Assembly: GCF_022045235.1 (NCBI RefSeq)
Contig: NW_027266319.1
Location: 41,044,001-41,108,000, forward strand
Length of the DNA: 64,000 bases
From: Haliotis cracherodii
Lineage: Eukaryota
Reading direction: 5' to 3'
Shown here: positions 12,731 to 26,779 of the stretch, one piece after another
Position numbering within the stretch: the first letter of the stretch is position 1
Layout: each line of letters starts with the position of its first letter
Notes under the pieces: model-generated
Told to the model about the DNA's origin: nothing
Database searches by the model: none
Seen by the model: the letters and a program-made list of their open reading frames with translations, nothing else
Program-made: the position numbers and the translations under genes

Positions 12731-13264
12731 TATAAAAATAAACCCGAATTGTGCCCTTGTCTTTCTACAAGTAAAATGGTAGGGCGTAGATAACCCGGTT
12801 AAACCAAAATGCTGAGTACACTGTAAGTACAAGTTCAGTGAAAAGAAGTTCGTTTTAAGACAAAATCTATATCCCCAGTTACATGACCGAGTAATATACG
12901 CCCTGCCTCATCAGTACCTAGAATAAAGATTGTTTAAATGATTAATATATAGTTATGCTAGTATTTCCTTATTTACACGATCTTATTTTTACATTCAACT
13001 CAGCAAATCAACCACCTCAAACATCACTGCTTAGCACTGGTCCTTAGCGTTAAATTATATCTGGATAGACCAAGTCAGACGAGCACAATAGGATCTGTAA
13101 GGTGTATTCAAATAGGGTTTTCAATATAATAGCTATCCACGAGGAAAGTGAATAGCCTGGTGAATGAGAGAACGAAACCAACGACTTGTACAAACCATAG
13201 ATACTTCAATACCCGAAACACACTAGGATCACTATGATACTATGATATTTATTTATTGGAACAC

Positions 13265-13286
13265 CACATGACTACTTTGGACCAAT
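13265..13286 (+). promoter_or_regulatory. E-box-N11-CCAAT module, locus 3
   Basis: CACATG-actactttgga-CCAAT, 197 nt upstream of the ATG; recurs in 11 promoters. Confidence 0.7.
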
Positions 13287-13461
13287 GAATGACCATATCT
13301 GATTCTGAAGTTAGAGTAACGAATGACCCTGTTTCTACGCAAACATGTATATGATTGGAGTCCTGACAAGCGTATCTACACTTTTTCGTTCGGAGCGTTG
13401 ATAAGCAGCAGAACCGTTTCCTCCCAATTAACGCCTGAAAACAAAGTCCTCCAATTCCAAG

Positions 13462-15187
13462 ATGCCTAAACAAGCTGCTGTTGAATCATCCATCGATTTG
13501 GAAAACCGAGATCCCAACAACATCAACGACCACTTGAAGGTAAAAACATCGAAGTTAATAAAATGCGACTTTAACTGATTGATTGGAAATCCTATATTCT
13601 GTAGCACGTTGATGTCGTTATGCCTGGAATCGGTGATAGAAGACAAAATGATTTTTTTATTAGAAGATGATTAATATTAACACTAATGAACATGTTTTAA
13701 TGATACAAATATTACTTTAGCAAGAGTAGGCGCTGTCTTTAGCATTGCTCTGATGGCGATGAGTAAAATAAGTTGATAAAGCATTTGTCAAACTCGCCGG
13801 ATTCAATTCCCACATAGGTACAATTAAGCCAGCTTAATTTAATTTCGCTAACTGCGGCGTAAAACAATTTAATTATCATTGTATAGCTTTCAAGTGACAG
13901 TTAAATCCTTCCTTTCCATAATGTGTCTCCATAGATTTGGTAATAACGAATGTGTCTTTTGTAATTGAGGATGCATTTTGGCATCTTTAAATGACATAAT
14001 GTCTATTCATAATTCACATAAGACACATTTTTGTTACAGCCAAGCTTTTTAATCAAGGTTTCAGATGAATGTCAATAATGACAAGTTTCGTGTCAACATG
14101 ATGCGTGATGATATCCCGTACTTTGACTTTAACGATGAGTTTTAACTTCTCTTTACTCACTGGCACTGACTTTAATGGATCATTTACTGTGGTCATGCTT
14201 CACATGGATCATTGCGCATGGTGATGATGATGATGATGATGATGATGGCTGGGTTGTCTGATCCACCCTAGATTGTTTGCAGTATTGCAGTATTGCTGGG
14301 TGCGGCCTTGGGCATCTAATTAACATTTTCTTCTGAAAATGCGTTTGAGTGGCGTGGACTAACGGTAGAGCAGGACATGCTTACCCTTTTCGCGAGCACC
14401 TGGTGACATCACTGATTTTCAGCAGTGATCCATTCAAATAATTGTCATTATTATTTTGTGTTTTACACCTCATGGAGATTGCTTATTCTCTGGCGTTAAC
14501 GTTTTGAATTTATTATGACACGTCTACAGCTTATCAATTTGTATTTAAAAAATGTTCAACTCACGTAAATACAAATAATTTATAAAAACACACCAAGGCT
14601 ATGATATATTTCAATGTGCGCCAGTCAAATAAAATACAATGATTGGGATAGATGGTCGATGATTTTACACAATGTAAAAAAGCATGAGTGCGGTACATAC
14701 ATCACATTCATACATGATTTCTCTGACTGAAATACATAACATAATGTAATATGCATATTTTCAATATTTGGATCATAAGTGTAGTTCCAAGAAAATGTGC
14801 AGTTCACACATCAGATAATCTAATGTGTCCAAGCTAATGTTTCCTGTTTACAACCCACAGGTCCAGTTTGAGGATGTCTTGGCTGAGCCCGAAGGTGCCC
14901 ACAGCATTGACTGCTGCTGGAAGTTTACCAACACTTGCTTCAACTGCGCCTTCAAATGCTGCTACATGTTGATGACCCTGTGTGGACCTCTCTACGGCCT
15001 CTACTACGGTTGGAGTTACGCCATGCTTGCCTGTGCTCACATTTGGCAGTACACACCACAGATCAAAGCTTGCGAGATCAACTGCGTCATGATGAGGAAA
15101 GTGTACACCATCTGCCTCAACTGCTGCCTGACGCCATGCTGCGAGTCCTGTGGTGCTGTCTTCAGCAGGATTCAAGTCAAACAATAA
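13462..15187 (+). CDS. CAV: Caveolin, locus 3, 134 aa; exons 13462-13539 and 14861-15187
   Basis: MPKQAAVESSIDLENRDPNNINDHLK|GT...CCCACAG|VQFEDVLAEP...; 327-nt exon 2; AATAAA at 15712. Confidence 0.95.
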
Positions 15188-16094
15188 CACAGACTCAATC
15201 AGGAACTATCCTAGCGTTCTTGCACTGAGTAAAACACTGTATCAGATTGGCCTGGATGTCTCTTGGACACACTGGCTTCAATGGGAATATGTTATACTAA
15301 AACCAATAACATGTTCTGCCATCGAGAACAACCTTCATCTACTGCAGTGACATTTCTGGATGTGAAACTTGAAACCCATCTGTTCTGTTTTCTAAACAAT
15401 TCCTGTGTATATTAAGGATCTTGTGTAATATTCCACCTGTCTTGTCACTTCAGTTTGTACAAGAAACTTGACGTAACGGTCTTGGAGCACAAAGTATGCA
15501 ATTAATAGTACTTTCTCTTATAAAAAAAAAACATTATGTAAAGCGTCATGTTTATACAGGACCTTTTCTGTATACTTTGCCTTTCGAGGTTAAAATGGAC
15601 AAGTTTTGTGTTTTTTATATTTTTACAAAAAGAGCTTGATCCAAGCATGATGTATACAGTATTACAACAACGAATAATATTGTACATACTTCTACTGGCA
15701 TTCCTGCGACCAATAAATTTTCTTTTGTTATAAATTCTTTGTTTATTGTGACTTTTGATTCATTTAATGAAGGTATATTATTTATGTATGGGCACATGTA
15801 TTCGTGTTCAGTCTGTTTTTAGCAGATTTTCATTGATATCTTGGTGTGTGATATTAAAATGCGGTGGAATTCCCAAAAGAAATCTACGTGAACTGACATG
15901 GTTTTGAGGGGATCCCGGTATGCCTTGAGGACGTAACTATGGTGATTGAGTGAGTGAGTTTAGTTTGAACAATATTCCAGTTATAACACACCGTGTCAGC
16001 TAAATGTTGAAGGAAACTCCGAAGTGATGCAAGCCTCAGACGTTCGACACGATGAGCACGGGTATTGTTCTCACAAATCTAATCGGGACGACAT

Positions 16095-16850
16095 TTGGCA
16101 GATTCTTCCTCAGTTAACATACTGGCCTTACATGTGGTATTATTTGATACGTCACTTCTGCCAAGTTCTTTGATCAAACTATTAATGTAGTGAGGCTAAC
16201 ATATAATGGTTTTGTTATTTGAGGTCTTGTCAGGGGGAACAACTACAAACCTTCCTTGTAGGGAAGCCAGACTTTGGATGACAACTGCCTGGTTCAGAAT
16301 GGGTTGATTCCAATTCTGATTCCTCTTTTTCTCTTTGTTACCCTAACAATGACGACATCACGCACTGACTTAACCCACTCTGAAAGACATTCAACAGGTT
16401 CCTCTTCTCTTTTGGCACATTCATTGGCAAATGCTTCGACAGCATCCATAATTATTTTAAAGTTGTGATCTCAATTGGAAGGAGGCACCTCACGATATTT
16501 TGGTACATATTTGAATAGCTGACGAAAGTTGCTATTCTCAACAATAGATAAACCACCTGTGATTATATGACCTACAGGTTCGAAGCAGTATGCTGAGTCT
16601 TGGCAGCCACAAATAGTGGAATCTACATAGTGAACTGCCAAAACCCCATTCTGCAACACATTCCTATAATTGAACAACATGGATGTAATGGTTGTCGTAT
16701 AGGTAAAAGAAATTGTTAGTGGTTCCTGAAATTTGAAATATTGTGGCACATTTTGAGAAACTGATGTTTGTCTTAGAATGATGCTTAAATTTAAGGCATC
16801 AATCCCTCTGCATGCAAATTTCAAATTAAAGAACATGCCTGATTAAGAGG
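16095..16850 (-). mobile_element. Penelope-like retroelement ORF fragment
   Basis: HIITGGLSIVENSNFRQLFKYVPKYRE and downstream CLSEWVKSV, resembling the region N-terminal to the RT of Penelope-like elements; frameshifted. Confidence 0.6.
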
Positions 16851-17366
16851 AGTCTGCAAAATGGAAGGAAAAAGTGGATTGTTGAAATGGGGAGAACTCG
16901 CTAAAAAATATGTAACATTGATTTACTTGAGCTCTACGTACAGCTCAGATAAACACCATCTGACGAATGAAGTTGAACCCTCATACGGATAGGCATAAAA
17001 GGATATGTCAGATTTATTCAAAGGCCTACACTAGGGTTTTCAATAAGATAGTAATTCCGTGTGGAAAGTGAATGACTATTTACGAGGCAACGCAGTAACC
17101 ACCGTCATCAACAAAGGGACAAGCACTAAGATTTCAATGCCCGAAAATAAGAGTGACTTCTAGGGACATGTCGTGTTGAAAGCCGTAAGCCACATGACTA
17201 CTTTGGACCAGTGAAATCAGTGCCAATGTATGATGCTGTAACTATGTAAACATATACATAAGGATTCATAATAAGTTTGAGGCACTTTGTTTTGAAGTGC
17301 TTGAGAGGGTAGCAGGAATCATTTGCTCCAAAGTATTGCCCCTCAGCAAAGTCATCTTGTTTCAAA

Positions 17367-18707
17367 ATGCCAGAACAATCGACTCTAGATTTGGAGAACC
17401 GAGATCCTAACAACATCAACGACCATTTGAAGGTAAATGAATCTATGCTCATATTTATACATAACATCATTTGAATATTAACCTGCACCTTAAAAAGGAA
17501 TTAATTGATATTAAATATACCGACAAAATAATAAGGGGGCTATAGTTGAGTTAAACATGTACAATAATTGTCTGATCACAATGAAATTTCACATCATGCA
17601 TGCACGTTCACACCGAAGTCAAAGTGTGCGCGCCTGTAGGGAAACAATGTGTGAATCCCATTTCTTGGGATACTGCTGAAATATTTCTAAACTCACTCAC
17701 TCGCTTTCTCTTGGATATAGCCTTTGTTGTGGTGTTATGATCACAACCGATGTTGAAAAAGCATACTATGTTTAAGAAACAAACGACCTGTGGTCGTTGT
17801 TTATCGTACAATAAAACACTCCCGAGTGGTTTATTCTCCATGCAGTGTTTTATTGTACGATATTCAACGACCACGAGCGTTTATTTCGTATATGAGATAT
17901 CCACATTATGTACAGCCTCTTTAAGGATAATGTTAAATTGTACAAGCTTTAAAAATATTTACCCGTATTCAAATAATGATGACTCCCTCAATAAAATCTA
18001 ATATTGGCAATGTCGGACAAGTCAATTTTATTCACAGGTGGGTATTTCCCGCCTATTCCCACTATGTTCACGTCGATTACCCGTGCCTTTTTTCCCAATT
18101 CCTATTGTCTTATCTCCTCCGCCTTCGAATATCCAGCAATGACGCCATGATAGAAAAAAGTTGTGAAATAAACCACGCTTTGGTCTTCATTGTTCTTTGC
18201 GATGTATCTCGTAGCTATCTTTTATAATGTAATACGACACTTATAACACGACAGAATTTGTTTCCTTTCACTCAAATATACTGTATAACATAATATATTG
18301 CAAATTTTCAGATGATGTGAATTCACATATCAGATAATCTAATGCGTTCCCGCTAACGTTTCCTATTTAACAACCCACAGGTCCAGTTTGAGGATGTGTT
18401 GGCTGAGCCCGAAGGTGCCCACAGCATTGACTGCTGCTGGAAGTGTACCAACACATGCTTCAACTGCGCCTTCAAATGCTGCTACATGTTGATGACCCTG
18501 TGTGGACCTCTCTACGGCCTCTACTACGGTTGGAGTTACGCCATGCTTGCCTGTGCTCACGTGTGGCAGTACACACCACAGATCAGATCTTGTGAGATCA
18601 ACTGCATCATGATGAGGAAAGTGTACACCATCTGCCTCAACTGCTGCCTGACGCCATGCTGCGAGTCTTGTGGTGCCTTCTTCAGCAGGATTCAAGTCAA
18701 ACAATAA
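17367..18707 (+). CDS. CAV: Caveolin, locus 4, 130 aa; exons 17367-17432 and 18381-18707
   Basis: MPEQSTLDLENRDPNNINDHLK|GT...CCCACAG|VQFEDVLAEP...; AATAAA at 19214. Confidence 0.95.
17770..18260. mobile_element. Hairpin-containing non-autonomous DNA element in the locus 4 intron (related to 61541-61724)
   Basis: Inverted repeat atcgtacaataaaacact...agtgttttattgtacgat (17803-17861); start ttaagaaacaaacgac resembles the 61541 terminus. Confidence 0.45.
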
Positions 18708-20450
18708 CACAGACTCAATCAGGAACTATCCTGGCGTTCTTGCACTGAGTAAAACACAGTATAAGATTGATCTGGATGGATCTGTCTCTTGGACACACTG
18801 GCTTCAATGGGAATATGTTATACTAAAACCAATAACATGTTCTGCCATCGAGAACAACCTTCATCTGCTCCATAGACATTTCTGGATGTGAAACTTGAAA
18901 CATGCCTGTTCCGTTTTCTGAACAATTCCTGTCTATATTAAGGATCTTGTGTCTTGTATCTTCAGTTGTGTACAAGAAACTTGACTTAACGTAATCTATG
19001 TTCTAGGAGCACAAAGTATGCAAATAAAAGTACTTTCTCTTATTAAAGAAGATTATGCAAAGTGCTATGTCTATAAAGGAACCGTTCTGTATGTTTCGCC
19101 TTTCGAGATACAAAGAAAGACAAAAGTGTTCTGTTTTTTATGATTTAACTACTACATCAAGGAGAACAACATCGAATACTATTGTACATATTTCTACTGG
19201 CATTACTGCGGCCAATAAATCTTCTTTTGTTTTACCATTCTTTGTTTATTTTGACTTTGATTCAGTTAATGAAGGCATTTTCTTGATGTATTAAGTAATT
19301 AATGACTTCTTAATAAGCATAACACTTCCTACGTTTGTATAGAACTTAATTTCCCGGATGCAAAACTAAATTCGTTTCATGGAAAACGTGAAGGGGAACG
19401 AAAATTATGATTCGTGGTCAAGCTGTTTTTAGAAGAATTTCTTGGTGTGTGATATTAAAATGGGGAGGAATTCCCAAGGAGATACATGTAGAAATCTACG
19501 TGGTTCTAGGCGGACCCTCGTATGCCCAGAGAACGTAACTTAAGTGAGTGAGTTGAGTTTAACGCCGCTTTGAACAGTAATCCAGTGAGTGAGTAACTGC
19601 GTGATACATCACGACGTGTCAGCTTAATGTGGGCGGAAAGCCTGAAGTGATACAGGTGTCAGTCGTTTACCAATTTGATGAAACACCCGAACGAGCACGT
19701 GTAAAGTGCTGACAAACCAAGAAAAATAATCGACTGTCACAACACGCAGTTATAATACAACCCAAATATGGATTAAGAATACATTTATTAAATAAAATTA
19801 AGAATTATACACTTTACAAACTTCACACATGCACTCTGTCACTCTAACATACACTTTCCAAATACTTAAGGTTACTCAACCACACTAACAAGTACACTAA
19901 TATTATACTAAGACTCCATCTCCTAAATCCCTTCATCAATACATCATTCAATCACCCTCAGAACATTAATACAGCACAACATCAATATATTAATGCATCA
20001 CTTCATACCCATGTATGTCAAAAATAAATTATGTTACATTACACATCATTATGTACATAATAAGCACAAAGTCAAGTTCCTCACGCCTCCTGCCACATCA
20101 TCCTGTACACTGTACATCGTTTATGAGCCTCACACAGGTCTCACCCAGTCCAGATTAGCATTCTCATATACTTGGCCTCGTGTCGTCGAGGAGGCAAGGA
20201 CATAAAATGAATGTCCCTACCTCCTCGTGTGCCCGTCTGTGTTCCCTGACACAATACAACAAACGGATACATGTCAGTTTATATACTAGTAACCATTCAC
20301 CTTACAATCAGTATTATATACTCAAAATGGTACACTCATAGTTATTAAGAATACCTCAGAATAACTACACACGGTTATTCAACATACATGAAGCATGTGC
20401 AAGATCAGACTTCCGTCCGTATCCCCCCCTCAAATATATATATATGATTA

Positions 20451-20665
20451 NNNNNNNNNNNNNNNNNNNNNNNNNNNNNNNNNNNNNNNNNNNNNNNNNN
20501 NNNNNNNNNNNNNNNNNNNNNNNNNNNNNNNNNNNNNNNNNNNNNNNNNNNNNNNNNNNNNNNNNNNNNNNNNNNNNNNNNNNNNNNNNNNNNNNNNNNN
20601 NNNNNNNNNNNNNNNNNNNNNNNNNNNNNNNNNNNNNNNNNNNNNNNNNNNNNNNNNNNNNNNNN
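20451..20665. other. Assembly gap (others: 21617-21842, 34921-35116, 35762-35913, 49389-49522, 55888-56068)
   Basis: Runs of N. Confidence 1.
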
Positions 20666-22035
20666 CCATTAGATTGGAGATACACCAAAACCAAAACCGT
20701 CCAACCATGATCGGAATTTGTATGGACTGAACTGAATTCAATCACACAGCTCATACAACAATAGACCTTTTTACTCCTGACCCAATCAATCTTACATAAC
20801 ATTTTTGAAGCTCACAGCTTACATACAGTCAAACCAACTTGAGACAACTATATACAATCTTGATCTTGACAAACACCGATTTGGGCTATTCAGAATTCGA
20901 AACGCTAAATCCTAGCCCGGTAATTATAAATACGAAGAGCAAAGTTTTTTTGCCTTATCTCGTATCTACATCACAGGCCCAGATTTCAAAGTCAAGCATA
21001 AATTCTGTTATGAAATGATATTTAGGGTAAACAACTTAGATGAATTATAAATAACAATAATATGAAAATTGGATGTAGAATTATTACTGTCGTTGGCAAC
21101 ATGTTTCAAATAAGCAAGAGAAACCATATTGTTTAGACACAACTCGATTGGAGAGAGAACCCATACGCAAGTATAACGCAGGTGAAAATAATGTCTGGTG
21201 ATGTGAAGTCAAATCAGATGAGCCCCTCAAGAACACTTTTCAAAGTTAACTCGTGATAGTGGGGTACAAGGATTACCTATGCGCAACAATTTCTGAGAAT
21301 AGTTATGTAGATGCACAGGATCATTGGTTCGAATTCTGAGGTAGTCCTGATGATGATCCTCAGTTTGCCATAACTATACCGTTCAAAGCAGCGTTAACCT
21401 CAACTCAATCTCCATAGCAACTGCTTTTATGCTGCTTTGAACAGTAATACAGTTACAAAAACACGTGTGGGCGTGATGTTGGATGAATGCCAGAAGTGTC
21501 GCACAATTCTACTTAACGGCATAACAACAAGCTGCACACAGTTCATGAGTTCCGTTCACGACATAAAAGCAGAACGAGCCCCTTGAGTATTTGTGATAAA
21601 AAAACCTGGTTTATGCNNNNNNNNNNNNNNNNNNNNNNNNNNNNNNNNNNNNNNNNNNNNNNNNNNNNNNNNNNNNNNNNNNNNNNNNNNNNNNNNNNNN
21701 NNNNNNNNNNNNNNNNNNNNNNNNNNNNNNNNNNNNNNNNNNNNNNNNNNNNNNNNNNNNNNNNNNNNNNNNNNNNNNNNNNNNNNNNNNNNNNNNNNNN
21801 NNNNNNNNNNNNNNNNNNNNNNNNNNNNNNNNNNNNNNNNNNCAAATCACAGACCTACTTATGATCTTTGGAACAATGGCACTATACTTATGATCGTGAA
21901 GTTATACATGTCTACGACCAGGATCACCTCAAGCTGACCAACGTGATATTTCTGAATTGCAATAATTCAAAGAGGCATCAAACTCAACCCATCCTCTCAC
22001 TCACTGACAAGCATATATACTAGTTTAGTCCCAAC

Positions 22036-23400
22036 TATACAATGCCAAAAACGTAGGGGATAGTGGGAATCATCAAGACATATCTTATCATCTATATGGT
22101 ATTGGCAAATGGGAATGACATCATCATATCTGCTTGAGAGAAGGCGATCAGATCTGAAGGGTTCTAATAATTTGAGTGATGAGATGGTGGGCACTTGGTC
22201 TTTAAAGAGGTCGCGGGTCATATTCAAATTTTTCATTTTGCAGCCATTATCACTAATATCAGTAATAACAACTCTGTTGGTCAGACATGATCGGATTCGT
22301 AGAGGCATGCTTCTGATGAGTCGATCATTGTCAGCTTGACTCAGATGTTCCAGTCATCAGTCATAGCAACAGTAGTGGGTGGATGTTCACGTTGATCTAC
22401 ACGTCTGCCTACGATGTTCATCGTCCCAGGGGTGTTGAATGGCCGTGGCATGACATGGTATTTTTGTCACAATCCTGGCACGATTGAGCGCAGTTAGGCC
22501 ATTAGGTTCTTATGATACCACGACATACCATTATGGACCCATCTCTAAAACGATCATGCTGTACGACATTAACGTCCATAAAACGCTCATTTGGAGGTCT
22601 CCAAACCGGATTCCTATAGCCATGGAAGTAGAGATTGAACCTCCATTGGTGAGAAAACCTGACATTATCCCATTGTTGACGTCCCCTACACCACTATCGC
22701 CTCTGATTCAAATGAGGTGCAGTAAGTTGTGGGATGACACGTAGACGTCGTGCACGCAAATGCCATCTGTGCAGACGATGTCGCACCGTCCGGATATGTA
22801 CTCTTACACCAGTTGCCTGTTGCAACCAGTCCCTTATCTAAGTGGCAGTTTGCAGCCGATTTATTCGTGACATCGTTCTGACTAATCTGTCCTGGGCCGC
22901 AGTTGTTGTCCTTGGGCGTCCAGAGTGGCGTCTATCATCGACGTAATGTGTTTGTTTGTATAGGACCCACAATCTGCTGATGACAGATTGAAAAACATTC
23001 AACGTTTGGTTAACAATAATCTGGCATGTGCCCACCTGCAACATGCCTGTGGCACGTAAACGTTCTGCACGTTGCAAGCGTCGCATGATCAATGTTGTTG
23101 CTTCCTTAATGATTAAATATGTTCAATAAAGTGTCTTTGACCGTTTGATTGAAGAAAACAATATGCACCTGCTCACAACCGAATCTGAGTGACCACCCAG
23201 ACCACTAACATACCACCCCTTGCACATGCTGCCCCAGGACACGTGCTTCATGACTGTCACAATGTTGTGTTTGGTAACTTGATTTTTTCGGAAATAGTCT
23301 CTCCACCTAAATCACTTACTTTCACTGCTATACATTTTTGTGTTTTTCCTCTTGTTTCACCTCAATACAAAATATCCCCTACTTTTAAGCATAGGATATA
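22036..23400 (-). mobile_element. Degenerate Tc1-family transposon (family 1, second copy)
   Basis: Reverse-complement similarity to 11344-12730; HTH region MRRLQRAERLRATGML...SVISRLW...SGRPRTTTAAQDR; TIRs aaaacgtaggggata and tatcccctactttt with TA flanks. Confidence 0.85.
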
Positions 23401-23913
23401 TCAAATTCGTATTGAAGCTTTTTGCGTACAAACCACTTTTGACACTTTCTTGTCAAAATAGAAACTGATCAGAAATAAAACTACGTTTGAAGCATGTTCG
23501 AGATGTGATGATGCCGACACTTATTGAAACTTATTTGTTTATGCATATTTACTTTTTCTCATATATCCAATTCTCATTTTCAATATATATAAGGAAATCA
23601 ATTAGTTTTGACGTTCGATTGTTATGAAATAGGGAGAACTCGCAGAACAATATGTAACATTGATTTACTTGAACACATAAGCACAATCTGACGGATACAG
23701 TTGAAACCCCATTCGGGCAGGAACAATATGATCTGTCAGATTCATTCAAAGGCCTACACCAGGGTGTTCAATAAAATAGCAATTCCGCGTGGAGGGTGAA
23801 TGACTCAATTTACGAGGCAACGCAGTAACCACCGTAATTAATAAAACGCTGAGATTTCAATGCCCGAAAATGAAGGTGACTTCCAGGGACATGTCGAGTT
23901 GAAAGCAGTAAGC

Positions 23914-23935
23914 CACATGACTACTTTGGACCAAT
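23914..23935 (+). promoter_or_regulatory. E-box-N11-CCAAT module, locus 5
   Basis: CACATG-actactttgga-CCAAT. Confidence 0.7.
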
Positions 23936-24076
23936 GAACTCAGTGCCAATGTATGACCCTGTAACTATGTAAACATATACATAAGGAGTCATAATAAGTC
24001 TGAGACAATTTGTCTTGAAGTGCATGAGAGGGAAGCAGGAACCGTTCGCCCCTTAACAAAATTACCTTGTTTTACA

Positions 24077-25771
24077 ATGGCAGAACAATCCACCATCGAT
24101 TTGGAGAACCGAGATCCTAACAACATCAACGATCATTTGAAGGTAAATGAATCTAAGCTCATATTCATGCCCACATTTTGTGAATATATACCTGTAAATT
24201 AAAAGCAGGTAATTGTATATCAATATACTGACAAAATAATAAGGGAAATATAGTTGAGCTAAATATTTACAAAAACTGTTTTATCACAATGAAATTTCAC
24301 ATCATGCATGAACGTTCACACAGAAGTCAAAGTGTGTCCGCCGACAGGGTTACTCACTGTCACTAAAGAATTCCGTCCAATAACAGGAAGGCGAATTTCA
24401 ACATCTAGCGTTAAAAACCGGCTCTATGCAGCCCGCCTCAAAACAAGACGTCCTGTGAAGGGTGTGACCCTAACAGCTAACCATGGGCGGCAAGGATTTG
24501 GATGGACTAGGCAGCAGGGGTTTGGTGTCACACCATGCTGAAAACGTTGTTGGCGACGTAGTGGCGAGCAGTATGGCAGGACAACAATTCTTGACGATGA
24601 TCGGTATAGGAGCGGTTGTGTCATGGTTAGGGGTTTACTTAACATGACAGGCGAACTAATTTTGTGTGAGTGAATTAACAATTGACTGGCCATCGATATG
24701 TCGACAAACCTTTGTGTTCTGTTGTTATCGGCAGAAATTTGTAACTGCAAAATGGCAATGCCTGACCACATCGTGCCTAGGTCGTCACCGATTATCACAA
24801 ACGAGAAGGCGTACGGACATTTTTCTGGTCCGCTCAGCCCCCTGAATGTCCCCAAATGAGCATCCGGGGATGTTCTCGGTCGGGGCGTGTACGCCAGAGA
24901 CCCAGCACCCGCCAACGTGGCACAGATTGGGGTAGCTCTTTATGTAGAATGACGGGCGATACCAAGTGCAACCATACGCAAGTTGATCAACACTACGCCA
25001 TCAAGGTGTCGTGCATGTATCGTCCAACATACTGAACACATCAGATATTGATCTACAAGCTCAAAATGAGGTTTAGGACATTCACTTAGTTTTTGTCGGC
25101 AGTATTCTTTAATATCTCCATGTCTTGTATGGGGACATTTTCTTGTGAGAAGCTCATGAACACATGAACACATGCACACACGACAATGTGTCCTATCATT
25201 GTTTGAGATGTGTACGCCAGATTGAAAATTACATACTTCGCTTGAAAAGATAGGTAATTCTATTTTTTCCAGCCAGTGTGTTTCGAGTGATTTGTAATAT
25301 GACATTAATATTAGGAAAGAATTCTTTTCTTTTGACTTAAATATACTGTATGGTATGATCATGCATTATTTTCAGATGATGTGAATTCACATATCAGATA
25401 ACCTAATGCGTTCTAATTGACGTTTCCTATTTTACAACCCACAGGTCCAGTTTGAGGATGTGCTGGCGGAGCCCGAAGGTGCCCACAGCATTGACTGCTG
25501 CTGGAAGTTTACCAACACTTGCTTCAACTGCGCCTTCAAATGCTGCTACATGTTGATGACCCTTTGTGGACCTCTCTACGGCCTCTACTACGGTTGGAGT
25601 TACGCAATGCTTGCCTGTGCTCACATTTGGGAGTACACACCACAGATCAAAGCTTGCGAGATCAACTGCGTCATGATGAGGAAAGTGTACACCATCTGCC
25701 TCAACTGCTGCCTGACGCCATGCTGCGAGTCCTGCGGAGCCGTCTTCAGCAGAATTCAAGTCAAACAATAA
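24077..25771 (+). CDS. CAV: Caveolin, locus 5, 130 aa; exons 24077-24142 and 25445-25771
   Basis: MAEQSTIDLENRDPNNINDHLK|GT...CCCACAG|VQFEDVLAEP...FSRIQVKQ*. Confidence 0.95.
24226..25104 (+). mobile_element. Degenerate Tc1-family transposon (family 2) in the locus 5 intron
   Basis: RRISTSSVKNRLYAARLKTRRPVKG; termini tactgacaaaa and ttttgtcggcagta. Confidence 0.8.
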
Positions 25772-26779
25772 CACAGACTCAATCTTGAAGTATCCTGGCA
25801 TTCTTGCACTGAGTAAAACACAGTATCAGATTGGCCTGGATGTCTCTTGGACACACTGGCTTCAATGTGAATATGTTATGCTAAAACCAATAACATGTTC
25901 TGCCATCGAGAACAACCTTCATCTACTGCAGTGACATTTCTGGAAGTGAAACTTGAAACATACCTGTTCCGTGTTTAAACAATTCTTGTGTATATTAAGG
26001 ATACCGTGTAGCATTTCATCGGGCTTTTATATTCAGCTGTATTCAAGAAACTTGACTTAACGTAATATATGTTCTAGGAAACATGCCTGTTCCGTTTTCT
26101 GAACAATTCCTGTGTATTTTAAGGATCTTGTGTCTTGTATCTTCAGTTGTGTACAAGAAATTTGACTAAACGTAATCTATATTCTAGGAGCACAAAGTAT
26201 GCATATCATAGTACTTTCTCTTATTAAAATAAATGTAAAGTGTTATGTTTATACAAGAACCTTTCTGTTTATTTCGCCTTTCGAGGTACAAAGAAGGTCA
26301 AAAGGGTGTGTTATTAAAAACAAATAATCATGCTTTATCCAGTGGTACAACATCGAATTATATTGTACATATTTCTTCTGCGACAAATGAATCTTCTTTT
26401 GTCATACAATTCTTTGTTTAGTTTGACTTTTAATTCATTTGGTAAAGGCATCTTTCTATTGTATGGGCACATGTACAAGTAAACATGTGTCGCACAAACA
26501 ATCTTATGATAAACAATTATGTTGATAATAATTAGTATTTAATGACTTCATTCATAAGCATATAACACTTTCTGCGTTTGTGTAGAACTTAATTTCCCGG
26601 ATGCAAAACTAAATTTGTTTCATGGAAAACGTGAAGGGGAACGAAAATTATGATTCGTGGTCAAGCTGTTTTTAGAAGAATTTCTTGGTGTGTGATATTA
26701 AAATGGGGAGGAATTTGCAAGGAGATACATGTCTACATGGTTCTAGGCGGACCCTCGTATGCCCAGAGAACGTAACTTA

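Noticed and set aside
13143-13152. GGAAAGTGAA as an IRF/ISRE site in the upstream block
   Set aside because: Altered in loci 5 and 6 (GAGGGTGAA, GAAGGTGAA) and missing in locus 7; too short to support.
13265-13286. Promoter module as an ERSE (CCAAT-N9-CCACG)
   Set aside because: Order, orientation and spacing do not match.
14834-15190. Recurrent antisense ORFs (...AAFEGAVEASVGKLPAAVNAVGTFGL...) and alternative-frame ORFs (MLQLRLQMLLHVDD...) over each exon 2
   Set aside because: Shadow frames of the caveolin exon. Their starts and ends vary and they are conserved only because the exon is.
19735-20250. Possible solo LTR (TGTCA...TGACA)
   Set aside because: No target-site duplication, PBS or PPT visible and no second copy.
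20365-21937. ORFs containing X runs here and at the other gaps
   Set aside because: Artefacts of N-gaps.
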